Positions 11,380 to 25,818 of a DNA stretch of 64,000 nucleotides are shown here, piece after piece. The notes beneath the pieces were generated by a model. That model was not told the DNA's origin, ran no database searches, and saw only the letters and a program-made list of their open reading frames with translations. Positions within the stretch are counted from its first letter, which is position 1. Each line of letters starts with the position of its first letter. A program made the translations under genes and the position numbers. Source of the stretch: Felis catus (lineage: Eukaryota); NCBI RefSeq assembly GCF_018350175.1, contig NC_058377.1, forward strand, positions 106,268,001 to 106,332,000, given 5' to 3'.

Positions 11380-12810
11380 ATTGCCCGTGGTGAGGAGTTT
11401 GTATTTTATTCTGAGTGTAACGGGAAGCCCTTGATGAGTTTTAAGCAGAGGAGTGTTCTGATATTCTAGTTTTCATTTATTTTCTCTTTTTTTTTTCATT
11501 TATTTTCTTTTTTTTTTCATTTCTTTTCTTTTCTTTTTTTTTTTTTTTTAAATAGGCTTCACACCCAGCACAGAGCCCAATGAGGGGCTTGAACCCACTA
11601 CCGTTAGATCAAGATCTGAGCTGAGATAAAGAGTCAAATGCTCGGGGCACCTGGATGGTGCAGTTGGTTGGACGTCTGACCTTGGCTCAGGTCATGCTCT
11701 TGCACTCCGTGAGTTTGAGCCCCATGTCAGGGTCTGTGCTGACCGCTCAGAGCCTGGAGCCTGCTTCAGATTCTGTGTCTCCCTCTCTCTCTGCCCCTCC
11801 CCCACTCATGCCCTGTCTCTCTCTCTCTCTCTCTCTCTCCTTCAAAAATAAATAAACATTAAAAAAATTTTTTTTAAAAGTCAAATGCTTAATCAACCAA
11901 GCCACCCAGGTGCCCCATGATTCTAGTTTTTAGAGGCTTATCCTGGCTATTCTGTGAAGTAGGGGATTAAAGTGGGAGCAGGGAGGAAGATGTGGAAATG
12001 GTCCTATAGGTGATGATGATGGTCCCCTGACAAAGGTAGTGGTGGTGTAGAAATGCTGGGTCAACAGATTTTGCTAAAATGAGGGTAGGAAATTAAGGAC
12101 AAGTAAAAAAGGAATGGGGGCACCTGGGTGACTCAGTCAGTTAAGTTTTGGACTCTTGATTTCGGCTCAGGTCGTGATCTCATGGTCGTGGGATCAAGTC
12201 CCCAGCTGAGCCCTTCATTGAGCCCCGCGTTGGGCTCCACACTGGGCATGGAGCCTACTTAAGATTTTCTTTCTCCCTCTCCCTCTGACTCTCTCCCCTG
12301 TTCACACACTCTGAAAGGAAGGAAGGAAGGAAGGAAGGAAGGAAGGAAGGAAGGAAGGAAGGAAGGAAGGAAGGAAGGAAAGAAGGAAGGAAGAAAAAGG
12401 AGACAAGGATAGCCAGAATTTTGGCATGAGCAATAGTGTGGTTGACAGAACCATTTGCCTGGAGGAGAGAGAGACAATGGGAAACCGAGAGTTCTGCTTC
12501 CTCTTAGCCAGTTAGACTTGTGAGCCTGAAGATCAGGGGTAATTTTGGGTCTGGAGATACATGTTTGGAATATCATCAACATACAGATGTTATTTAAAAC
12601 CAAAGGACTAAAGGGATTATCCCTTGTATAGTAGAGGACTGGTAGAGTTACTAAGCAGTGAAGAACATAGGCTGGGAAGCTTAAGCAATCCTGTTTCTAC
12701 AGGTTCAGAAGAGATCAAACTGAAGGTGAGTCAGAGTTTGGGCACAAAGACTGAATGCTTGCCACACTGGGGTATTGCCATGCATACTGGACCTAGATTT
12801 TCTTAAATTT
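11380..12810. mobile_element. ancient L2 remnant interrupted by Can-SINEs (11480-11915 nested pair, 12117-12392)
   Basis: L2-like tracts such as GGAGTTTGTATTTTATTCTGAGTGTAACGGGAAGCC and GGTCTGGAGATACATGTTTGGAATATCATCAACATACAGATG. Family assigned by recognition only. Confidence 0.6.
12317..12392 (+). repeat. (GGAA)16 perfect plus imperfect extension
   Basis: 12317-12380 is 16 uninterrupted GGAA units, forming the tail of a SINE. Confidence 0.97.
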
Positions 12811-13021
12811 TTTTTCTTAAGTAAGATATGCCTGGGGTGCCTGGGTGGCTGAGTCAGTTAAACATCTGATTCTTGATCTCAGGGTTGTGGCACAGAAGGA
12901 AGAGCCCAGAACCTGGAAGAGGGGCAGCTGGGATGGATGATCCTTGCTTAGAGATTGCCCTCCAGCAGGACCTGGGTCTTGTGTTTGTTTTTAGGAAACA
13001 GGTGACAGACATCATCATCTC

Positions 13022-13226
13022 AACGTTTTTTATTTATTTTTGGGACAGAAAGAGACAGAGCATGAACGGGGGAGGGGCAGAGAGAGAGGGAGACACAGAA
13101 TCGGAAACAGGCTCCAGGCTCTGAGCCATCCGCCCAGAGCCCGACGCGGGGCTCGAACCCACAGACCGCGAGATCGTGACCTGGCTGAAGTCGGAAGCTT
13201 AACCGACTGCGCCACCCAGGTGCCCC
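13022..13226 (-). mobile_element. young SINEC_Fc-type SINE with 14-bp TSD
   Basis: TSD GACATCATCATCTC at 13008-13021 and 13227-13240. Confidence 0.9.
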
Positions 13227-14029
13227 GACATCATCATCTCTAAAAAGAGATAGCAAAAGGTAACTGAAATAATCCTCCAATAGACTTTCTTTGTATGCCA
13301 AATCTCAATACAGCTGATTGTTCTCCATTGCTGTTTTCTCTTTCTATTCTAGCTTATCTCTGATCTTGAAGCTTTGGAAGTAAAGGGATCAGGGCTTGGG
13401 GAAAATTTATCATGGCCAACCCATGCCTGGGGAGCTCAGAGAGATAGGAATAGGTTCATTGTGAGATGAGGTTCAATCAACCCATATTTAAAAACTCCAG
13501 TATTTGCAGAGTGCCATTTGGTGCTAGAGACTTCCTCACTGATGCAACATAGATATGTACATGGGTGCAGGGACAGACCAGGCACAGCCACTCATTGCTG
13601 ACAAAATCCAAAGGCAGATAAACTTGTGGTAGGGAAACCAACATCTGGGAAGTCAGTGGATTAGCATCTCAAAGGCTATCTCCAAAGCATGGAAAACATT
13701 CCCATGTTTATAAGAGGAGAATTCAGGGCAAAGGTGGGTGGGTGGGTAGGCAGTGAAGACCAAGTCTTGGAGTCAGTCATGGGAGGGGTTTGGCTTGCTT
13801 GGGACACTACTTATTGCTTGAGGGGGGTAATTTTGGAGTCCTTCAAGGGATGCTTTGCCTTCAGGGTCTTTCCCTAGAGCCCAGAGACAAGCTGGAATGA
13901 AAAAGCCAACTGGAAAGTTTGAGGTCAAAATGGAGGCAGCCAATGCCATCTTTTATGGGTTCTAAGAAGGGGAGTGACATGATTAGACTAGATTTTTGAA
14001 TACATCACTGTGGACAAATAAGCACATAA

Positions 14030-14190
14030 AAAGATGCTGAACATCTTTAGTGATTAGGGAAATAGAAATTAAAACCACAGTGAGATACTACCACACAGTT
14101 ACTAGAATAGCTAAATGAACAAAGCCTATTGACAATACCAAATGCTGGTGAGGATATCAGAGCAACTGGAATTCTTATAACTGCTTATGC
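14030..14190 (+). mobile_element. old L1 ORF2 3' fragment
   Basis: AAAAGATGCTGAACATCTTTAGTGATTAGGGAAATAGAAATTAAAACCACAGTGAGATAC resembles the L1 KRCSTSL..REMQIKTTMRYH motif. Confidence 0.7.
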
Positions 14191-14299
14191 AATTATGATT
14201 TAATATTTTACCATACCACGCAGACACAATACGTCAAGAGCAATGATAATAGTAAACTGTGGTGAAATAATGAGGAAGAAGAGATGAGTTGTTGTTTTT

Positions 14300-16107
14300 T
14301 TAAGATTCTATTTTTTTAATTTAATTTTTTAAAGTAATCTGTATACCCAATATGGGGCTCAAACACGCAACCCTGCGATCAAGAGTCACATGTTCTACCA
14401 AATTAACCAGCCAGGCACCCCAGGAAGTGGTGAGCTTTAAGTATCTATTTCTTTTTTTTTTTTTTTTTTTTTTTTGAGAGACAGAGCACAAGTGGTGGAT
14501 GGGCAGAGACAGAAGGAGACACAGAATCCGAAGCAGGCTCTAGGTTCCGAGCTGTCAGCACAGAGCCCGATGCGGGGCTCAAACTCACAAACCGCGAGAT
14601 CATGACCTGAGCCAAAGTCAGGTGCTCAACCGACTGAGCCACCCAGGCACCCCAGTATCTATTTGTTTTTATTTTTATTTATTTATTTATTTTTTTATTT
14701 TTTTTCAACGTTTATTTATTTTTTGGGACAGAGAGAGACAGAGCATGAACGGGGGAGGGGCAGAGAGAGAGGGAGACACAGAATCAGAAACAGGCTCCAG
14801 GCTCTGAGCCATCAGCCCAGAGCCCGATGTGGGGCTCGAACTCCCGGACCGCGAGATCGTGACCTGGCTGAAGTCGGACGCTTAACCGACTGCGCCACCC
14901 AGGCGCCCTCTATTTGTTTTTAAAGAGGGTTAGGACCTCAACACCTGGGGTGGCTCAGTTGGTTAAGCATCCGACTCTGACTCAGGTCATGATCTCACAG
15001 TTTATGAGTTCAAGCTTGGAGCCAGCTTCAGATTCTGTGTCTCCCCCTCTCTCTCTCTGCCCCTCCGCCAGCTCACACTCTGTCTCTCTCTCTCTCTCTC
15101 TGAAAAATAAACATTAAATAAATAAATAAATAAAGAGGGTGAGGACCTTTTTTAAAGAAAAGTTTTTATTTAGGGGTGCCTGGGTGGCTCAGTCGGTTGA
15201 GTGTCTGACTTTTGATCTCGGCTCAGGTCATTGATGAAGTTTTGGGGTGATGGGGGGTTCATGGGGTCTGGAGCCAATGACCAAGAAAGAATTCTTGAAG
15301 ATGTCTTTGGTGCAAAAACGGTGATGTTATTAAAGCACGGGGACAGGACCTGTGGGCAGGAAGAGGTGCACTGTAAGTGTCGGGGTGGGGGGGGATCTTT
15401 TAAGGAGTTGGGGGAGATAAAGTCCAGAGGGAGTTTCCAAGGAGATTTTCACATACTAAAGACTTACTGAAGGCCTAGCTACTGTCAAGCTAAGGTTGTT
15501 TTTCTTTCTGGTAAAGCATTAATATTAAGCATTAACATTAAGACAGTAGGGAGTTCCTAGACTTTAGGCTGTTGATGGGATTGCCTTTTTCTGGTAAACT
15601 GGTGAAGACTCTTATCCAGTTTAACCATTTGTTTTTGTCCTTTCCTGTTTGGGGGTAGTCGGGAGTGTCCAAGGAATATCATCCATATCCCATGAGGAGG
15701 TGGGGGGGGGGGGTGCTGTTAGCCTGCACTTTGTTCTCAGCTTGCCCCATGCTCCTTTGTCAGTCATGATCTCACAGTTCATGAGTTCGAGGCCCATATC
15801 CAGCTCCGCACTGTCAGCGAGGAGCCTGCTTGGGATTCTCTCCCTCCCACCCCCGTCCCTCCCCTACGTACTCTCTTTCTAAAAAGTAAATAAATAAACT
15901 TAAAAATTAAAAAAATAGTATTTATTTTGAGAGAGACTACAAAGTGAGAGAGGGGCAGGAAGAGAGGGGAGGACAGAGAGAGAGAGAGAGAGGGAGAGAG
16001 AATCCCAAGCAGGCTCCACACCAATGCACGGTTTGAACTCACAAATCTCAAGATCATGACCTAAGCCGAAGTCGGATGCTTAACCCACTGAGCCATCCAA
16101 GTGCCCC
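14300..16107. mobile_element. dense stack of six Can-SINEs plus a nested LTR
   Basis: SINEs at about 14300-14420(-), 14451-14653(-), 14672-14908(-), 14944-15131(+), 15173-15905(+, split by the LTR), 15915-16107(-). Confidence 0.85.
15232..15762 (-). mobile_element. solo ERV LTR (carnivore type), 531 bp
   Basis: TG...CA ends, imperfect terminal inverted repeat TGATGAAG/CTTTGTCA, 5-bp TSD GTCAT, splits a SINE. Orientation inferred from a degenerate poly(A) signal. Confidence 0.85.
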
Positions 16108-16404
16108 TAGTTTTAAGTATCTGTTAAGAATTCTGACTCTGATTACAATGTATCCCCCCCCCCAACCCCAGCACACACACACACATATCAAGTAATTCTC
16201 AGACACGGGCTGAATGTCCTACAACTCAATTTAATTCTGAATCTATCTACTTGGCAATAGTATCGGGTTCCACAGGTTGAGAGCTCAGTCTTCTAAGAGT
16301 GCTCCCTCTCCCCCACCCCCAACTTTAGATGCCAATTGAAAGTCTAGGTTGTCACGCATGCTTCTCATCTACTAGCTATAGATTGGAGGTTATAAAGAAC
16401 CCTT

Positions 16405-16887
16405 TGGTGCAGGTGGGTTGGAGAGATGCTGGTCCTTATCCCACCTAGTTGAAAAGTGAATCTCGCAGACAGCAGAGAGTGAGCAAAGCGATAGGGTTTA
16501 TTGAGGGAAAGTACAAAGCTCTCAGGAGTGTGAGGGATGCCGACTGGGTTGCTGGGTATGATTTTTGTCTCTGACTTTTTATTGGGACTTTATCAGGAAC
16601 TAGATAACAGTTTGTGAGACTCTATTCATGACACCTAGCATGGGCAGGTCTGGAATGCTTTTATCCCTTTTTCCCCCAAACCTAGCTATAGCACACAGCT
16701 ATAGCATCCCACCCGCATATGCAACCAGGGCACTGTGGACACCACCAGGAGTAGGAGGGCCAAGGGCCACTATGGTGAGCCTTGAAGTCTAGGGCGGGGG
16801 TCCCTTGGTGGAGCCCTCCCAGCTGCAATCAGCCTCTCTTAGGGTCCCTCATCTGGCCGCGCCTACTGTTAACTCTTTCCCTACTCA
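16405..16887 (-). mobile_element. solo ERV1-type LTR, 483 bp, nested in the MER21-like LTR
   Basis: TG...CA ends, 4-bp TSD CCTT (16401-16404, 16888-16891), AATAAA on the minus strand at 16497-16502. Confidence 0.8.
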
Positions 16888-17135
16888 CCTTTTTGGGTTT
16901 GGTTAATTTGCTAGAGTGATTCACAGACACATTTCACTTACTAGATTACTGGTTTATTATAAAAGGATGTGTCACTCAGGAACAGCTAGGTGAAAACGCT
17001 GCACAGGGCAAGGTATGGAAAAGGTATGGGACTTCTATACTCTCTCTTAGAGTGCTACCTTCCCCATATCTCCAGGTGTTCACCAACCCAGAAGCTCTCA
17101 GAAACCCATCCTTTTCGGTTTTTAGGAGGCTTCAT

Positions 17136-17139
17136 TATA

Positions 17140-17182
<43 letters not shown>
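17136..17182. repeat. alternating purine-pyrimidine (CG)n(CA)n tract
   Basis: Seen directly. Confidence 0.95.
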
Positions 17183-18626
17183 GATTAAATCATTGGCCAT
17201 AGGCCAAGATTCAACCTCCAGCCCCTCTTCCTTCCCTGGAGGTCAGGGGGTTGAGAGTTCCAACCCTCCAATCACGAGATTGGGTACCCCAGCAACCAGC
17301 CCCCTGTTATGAGGTGACTTTCAAATATCACCTCATTAACATAAACTTGGGTGTGATTGAAAAGGGTTTGTTATGAATATGGAGACCTTCATCACTCTTA
17401 CCCTTTAGGAAAAGGGTTTTAGGAGCTCTGCGCCAGGAACAGAGAAGACCACCTATGTTTTTCTTATTAGAAGTTACAGTATGACAGCTACCTTTGTTTT
17501 TTTTTTTCTAACTTTTTAAAAAGTTCATTTTGAGAGAGAGAGCACATGAGCATGAGTGGGGGAGGGGCAGATAGGGAGAGAGAAAGAATCCTAAGCAGGC
17601 TTCCCACTGTGGGTGTGGAGCCCGATGTGGGGCTCAAACCCATGAACCCTGAGATCATGACCTGAGCCAAAATCAAGAATCAGATGCTGAACAGACTGAG
17701 CCACCCAGGCGTGCCATGTTTTCTAACTTTTTATTTGAACAATGTCAAACACACAAAAGTAGTAAGAAAAATATAAGAAACCACTCTAACCCATCATCTG
17801 GCTTCAACAGTTATCAATATATTGCCAAACTTGTTTCATCTATACCTCTGCCTTTGTTTCTTTTTTTTAGTATAATTCAGTTGATTGTATGCCATCATAA
17901 TAAACATCATTAATTTTTTTCATTAAATGTTTAATAAAGGCTGTATTTAAAAACTGGCTTGCAGGTTTTCTGAAATATCAACAGTTGGCACCTGGCTGGC
18001 TCAGGCGGTAAAGCATGGGGCTCAACCTTGGGGTTGTAAGTTCCAGCCCCATGTTGGGTATAGAGATTACTTAAAAAAAAAAAAAAGGCTCTTGCAGCTG
18101 TTTCCAGCACACAGCTGTCCTTAGGGGAGGCTCGCTAGAAAATAGGAGACAGGAGGAAGTCAGGACTGCTGAGGCCCATTCATATGCTTCCTTGCCTGAC
18201 CGTGGTCAATGGGATCTGCATGGAGTCTAAGTGGCTGACTGGTGGGTTCAGCCATTCTAGGAAATGGGCAGAGTCAATGGGAACTGATGTGCGACAGCTC
18301 CGAGGAAGCAGGATGTCCTTATTCTTGCAGGACGGTATAGGTCAGGCTCTCTTATTTACAACATACAAAAACAGGCAGCAGGGAGTTTGCTCAAGGAAGG
18401 CCCCAAGGACTGTCGCGGATCTAGAGTCAACTGCTGAGCCTTTCTCATGGGTCTGTGGCTCATGGTTTCTGCTTCTTTCTGTATGGACCTTTTATCAGTC
18501 AGGGTCTCCACAGGGAACAGATTGCAAGCTCACTCTGGCTAATTGAGGTGAGTTTAATAAAGGGACTGTCTACAAAGATGTGGGTAGAGTTGAAGGAACA
18601 CACAGGGGCTCACCGGTTCTCTAAGC

Positions 18627-18627
18627 C

Positions 18628-18678
<51 letters not shown>

Positions 18679-18689
18679 CGCGCGTGTGT
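18627..18689. repeat. (TG)20(CG)7 alternating tract
   Basis: 63 bp of uninterrupted purine-pyrimidine alternation. Confidence 0.95.
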
Positions 18690-19179
18690 TGGAAGGAATG
18701 GGGAAATGGGAAGGAGGAGTGCAGTGATCTGTTTTCTCACACCTGGAGGGAGCGCTGCCTTCTGGGCTCTGATTTTGGCTGCTTCATCTCCAAACTACCT
18801 GCCGGCATGGGGTGGGTGTTCCCCTCCGTTAATGTTTGGTGAACGAATGGCTGCATGAAAATCTGGAAAGCCCGAATATGCAAGTCTTGGGGTCAGACAT
18901 CCTGAATTTGAATCCTGGCCGTGAGTGACCCTGAAGTGACCTCAACCTTCTGAGCCTGGAACCTCATCTGTCAACGGGGACAATAAATCTTGCTTGGTGC
19001 GGTTGCTGTAGAGATTAAATGAGATGAGAACAGCTAGTTACTATGCTTACTATGTGAAAACAGTCTTCAAAAATTTGCTATACGAATGCACTCTGCTAAA
19101 ACGCTTTATTTATGTTATCTTTTATTAGCTCATTAATTCCGTTTAAAAGAGTTTACTGGGCACCCATTCTGGGCCAGAC

Positions 19180-22728
<3,549 letters not shown>

Positions 22729-23701
22729 GCACCGGGGTGTGCTGCTTCGTTTGGTCCTTATCTAGGAGATGTGACTGTCATGCTTCCCACGTTGTCCAGA
22801 GGCCCAGTCTGGCTGCTGTGGGGAGGCAAAGAAGGTTCCTTGTCCCCAGAGTTGCGACTCTGCAATTCTAACCATAAAAGGTCCTTGTTCTCATGGAAGT
22901 GTTAGTTCCTTTCTTCGGTCAGAACAACTCTTTTTTAGAAAAGGCTGGGGGCCAGTTGCTCACTTGCCTCTCTTTTGGTGGCCTGATGCCTCAACTAGCC
23001 TCAGCTACCCAGGGGACCTGACTAACCCCTTGCAGAGAGCTAAAGTTGACCTCATTGAAGGAAGGGCACTGAAGTTAGGTCTTCAGGTTGCTGCAAGTGA
23101 TACTGTCATTAGAGTCACTCCGAGTTCCAATCTGGTCTCAGGGTATTTGGCCTTCCCGCACCCTTAAAACTAACCAAGGGTAAAGCTGGGAACTGGGGGA
23201 GAGGAGACCCTGGGTAGGGAGAGGTGAACAAGAAGACAGTGATGACACAGACGGGGCAGGGTGGGGGGGTGGCAGGTCCCAATCCTTCCTAGGATGAGTC
23301 ACAAACAACAGAAGCCTTTACTTGCTAATCAGTCACTAAACTGAACCAAAGATGTGGAAGCCTTCAAAATGTCAGGGTAACACAGCAGAACTCCAGGAAA
23401 TGACTATAAGATTAAACAAACATGCTACCCTCCCTCACGGTATGCTCACACTCTGCTTTTGTAATATTTGTGTGCCTTGGAATGCCCTTTCCTAGCCCGT
23501 TGGGTTGCTGCCTGCTAATCTAGCAAATCTCCGTCAATTCTTTCTTTCTTTCTTTTTTTTTTTTTTTTTTTTGAGTAAGCCTCACACCCAGCGAAGAGCC
23601 CAACTCGAGGCTTGAACTCACGACCCTGAGATCAAGAGTCAGATGCTTAACTGACTGAGCCACTCAGGTGCCCCTATAATTATTATATAATGCATACAAA
23701 G

Positions 23702-23917
23702 CAGTGATTATCAACTAGGGTGATTTTTGCCGCCAGGGGCATGTGGCAATGACATTTTTGGTTGTGACAGCTGGGTCCTGGATGGTACCGCCTTCTAGTG
23801 GGTAGAGGCCAGGGATGCCACTAAACATCCTATAATCTGTAGTATATCTCTCCCCCGCCCCCGCCAGCAAATGATTATCTGGTCCCAAATGTCAATCATG
23901 TCAAGGTCTAGAAACTC
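23702..23917. mobile_element. MER20-like hAT DNA transposon
   Basis: CAGTGATTATCAAC...GTGGGTAGAGGCCAGGGATGCCACTAAACATCCT...CAAATGTCAAT, characteristic of MER20. Confidence 0.75.
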
Positions 23918-25804
23918 CGATATGAAGCAGAATAGTGGCTGAAACATGGTAAAAAAAAAAATGGCCTTTGAATGTGGTTTCCTTCTTGCCATTAGCACTC
24001 CTGGACAGATAGAAGCTCTAACATGTGCACCTCTACAGTGGACCACAAAACATGCTGTTTTGTTACTGTCTCCTGTCTCCTTTCTATTTCTTTTTTTTTT
24101 TTTTTTATTACATAATCTTTACACCCAACTTGAGGCTTGAACTCCGACCCTGAGATCAAGAGTCGCACGCTTGACCCACTGACCCAGCCAGGCACCCCTC
24201 ATTTTTTTGTTTTTTATCAGGTAAAGATTCAGTTGAGATCATTGTAGATTTGCACGCATCCCTCTCATTTTTGTAGCTCCAGCTCTTGGCACTGGGCCAG
24301 GTTTTCCAAGCTTGTTGAATCTGGGAAAGTGTGCTGGATTAGCAATGAATTTTCCCATGGAAACCACGTTAAAGTCATGTTACCATTTCAGTATACGGTG
24401 AGTTGATTACTCAGGCTGTAGGCATTTCCCCTAGGCTGTAAACAGCATGTGTCTCACGGAGTAAAATTCTTCCCAAGTTCTCAAATGGAACCACTCATCC
24501 GTTAATTGTGTTGGGGATAATCTGGAAGTCACACCAGGCCTACAAGGAAGTGACTGATGGACAGAAGTGGCTTGTGGAACGTGAACATGTGGGTGCTGGT
24601 GAGGACGTGGGTGTGGCACCTGCCGAGAAGGTGTGTGCCGTGTGGAGAGGGGATTAAGTGCGGACGGTCTGGAGATGGTCTCCAGGCCTCTTCTTTTTAA
24701 GGTTTGTAACTGAAAGTTACGGCCCCTTAAAAAGGTCACAGGTAACAGGAGTATCTGCCTGGTAGTGCTAATTTTTTTAAAAGATATTTTATTTCCGGGG
24801 CGTCTTGGCTCAGTTGGTTTAGCATCTGACTTTGGCTCAGATCATGATCTTGCGGTTCGTGAGTTCGAGTCCCACATCGGGCTCACTGCTGTCAGCTCGG
24901 AGCCAGCTTTCGATCCTCTGTCCCCTCTCTCTGCCCTTCTCCCACTTGTGCTCTCTCAAAAATAAAGAAAGCATTTTTAAAAATACACATTTTATTTTTG
25001 ATAGCAAGAGAGCGAGCGCTTGAGCAGGGTAGGGGCAGAGAGAGGGAGACAGAGGATCCGAAGCAGGCTCTGAACTGACCGCAGACAGCCCAATGCGGGA
25101 CTTGAACTCATACTGTGAGATCATGACCTAAGCTGAAGTTGGCTACCTAACTGACTGAGCCACTCAGGTGCCTAATGCTAAATCTTTTACACACATTGCC
25201 CACAACAGTTCCACGAACTGTTCTGTTGGTCCACCAACAGATTCTGTTGGTCCACTTGATAGCTGATAAAACAGATTAGAGAGACGAAGGGTAATGCCAA
25301 GGGTACACAGCTAGTGAGTGGTGGGGCTTTGCTTTGTTTTTAAACTTGTCAGTCTGCCTTCAAAGCCATCCTAGCTCTTTTTGCCAGGCTCTAGGTGGCT
25401 GGGGAGTGAGTGGGACCCACCTTTCTCCTATCTGTGGTCATGTGGGTCTCACTACTGCTCTCGTTGGCCCCCGCCTCCACTCGAGGCTGGGGGCAAATGG
25501 GCCCCAAAGTGCTTGAATACGGCTTTACTATATCCCTCAGGCCCCTGGGCCTTCTGTCATTGTGTCATGCCTTTGAGCTTGCCAATGGCTGTCCAGACTA
25601 ACACCTCAGCAAGGAGAGCTGCCAGCAGCCCAGATCCTGCTGAACTGACCTCAGACTCAGGATGGTGGAGGAGGCCCTGCCGCTTCCCTTTATGCAGAGG
25701 TGGGCAGACACTCCAGTGTTCAAGCACAGTACTGACACTACAGCAGATGTCATACTGACTATAACTGGAAGAGACTCAGCAGGGTCATAGTCTCCTTAGG
25801 TGGT

Positions 25805-25818
25805 GTTGCCATGGCAAC
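25805..25818. promoter_or_regulatory. perfect palindromic RFX X-box GTTGCCATGGCAAC
   Basis: Exact 14-bp palindrome matching the RFX consensus, about 1.2 kb upstream of the TAF6L promoter. Function not shown. Confidence 0.55.

Larger units (their letters stand above)
16122..17486 (-). mobile_element. MER21-like LTR, interrupted by a younger LTR
   Basis: Minus strand begins TGTCATACTGTAACTTCTAATAAG...CCTGGCGCAGAGCTCCTAAAACC, resembling MER21. Family assigned by recognition. Confidence 0.7.

Noticed and set aside
12880-13480. Unique-looking segment split by a SINE, tested as a processed pseudogene
   Set aside because: After removing the SINE, the frames I translated (mainly minus strand) contain stops or match nothing I recognise.
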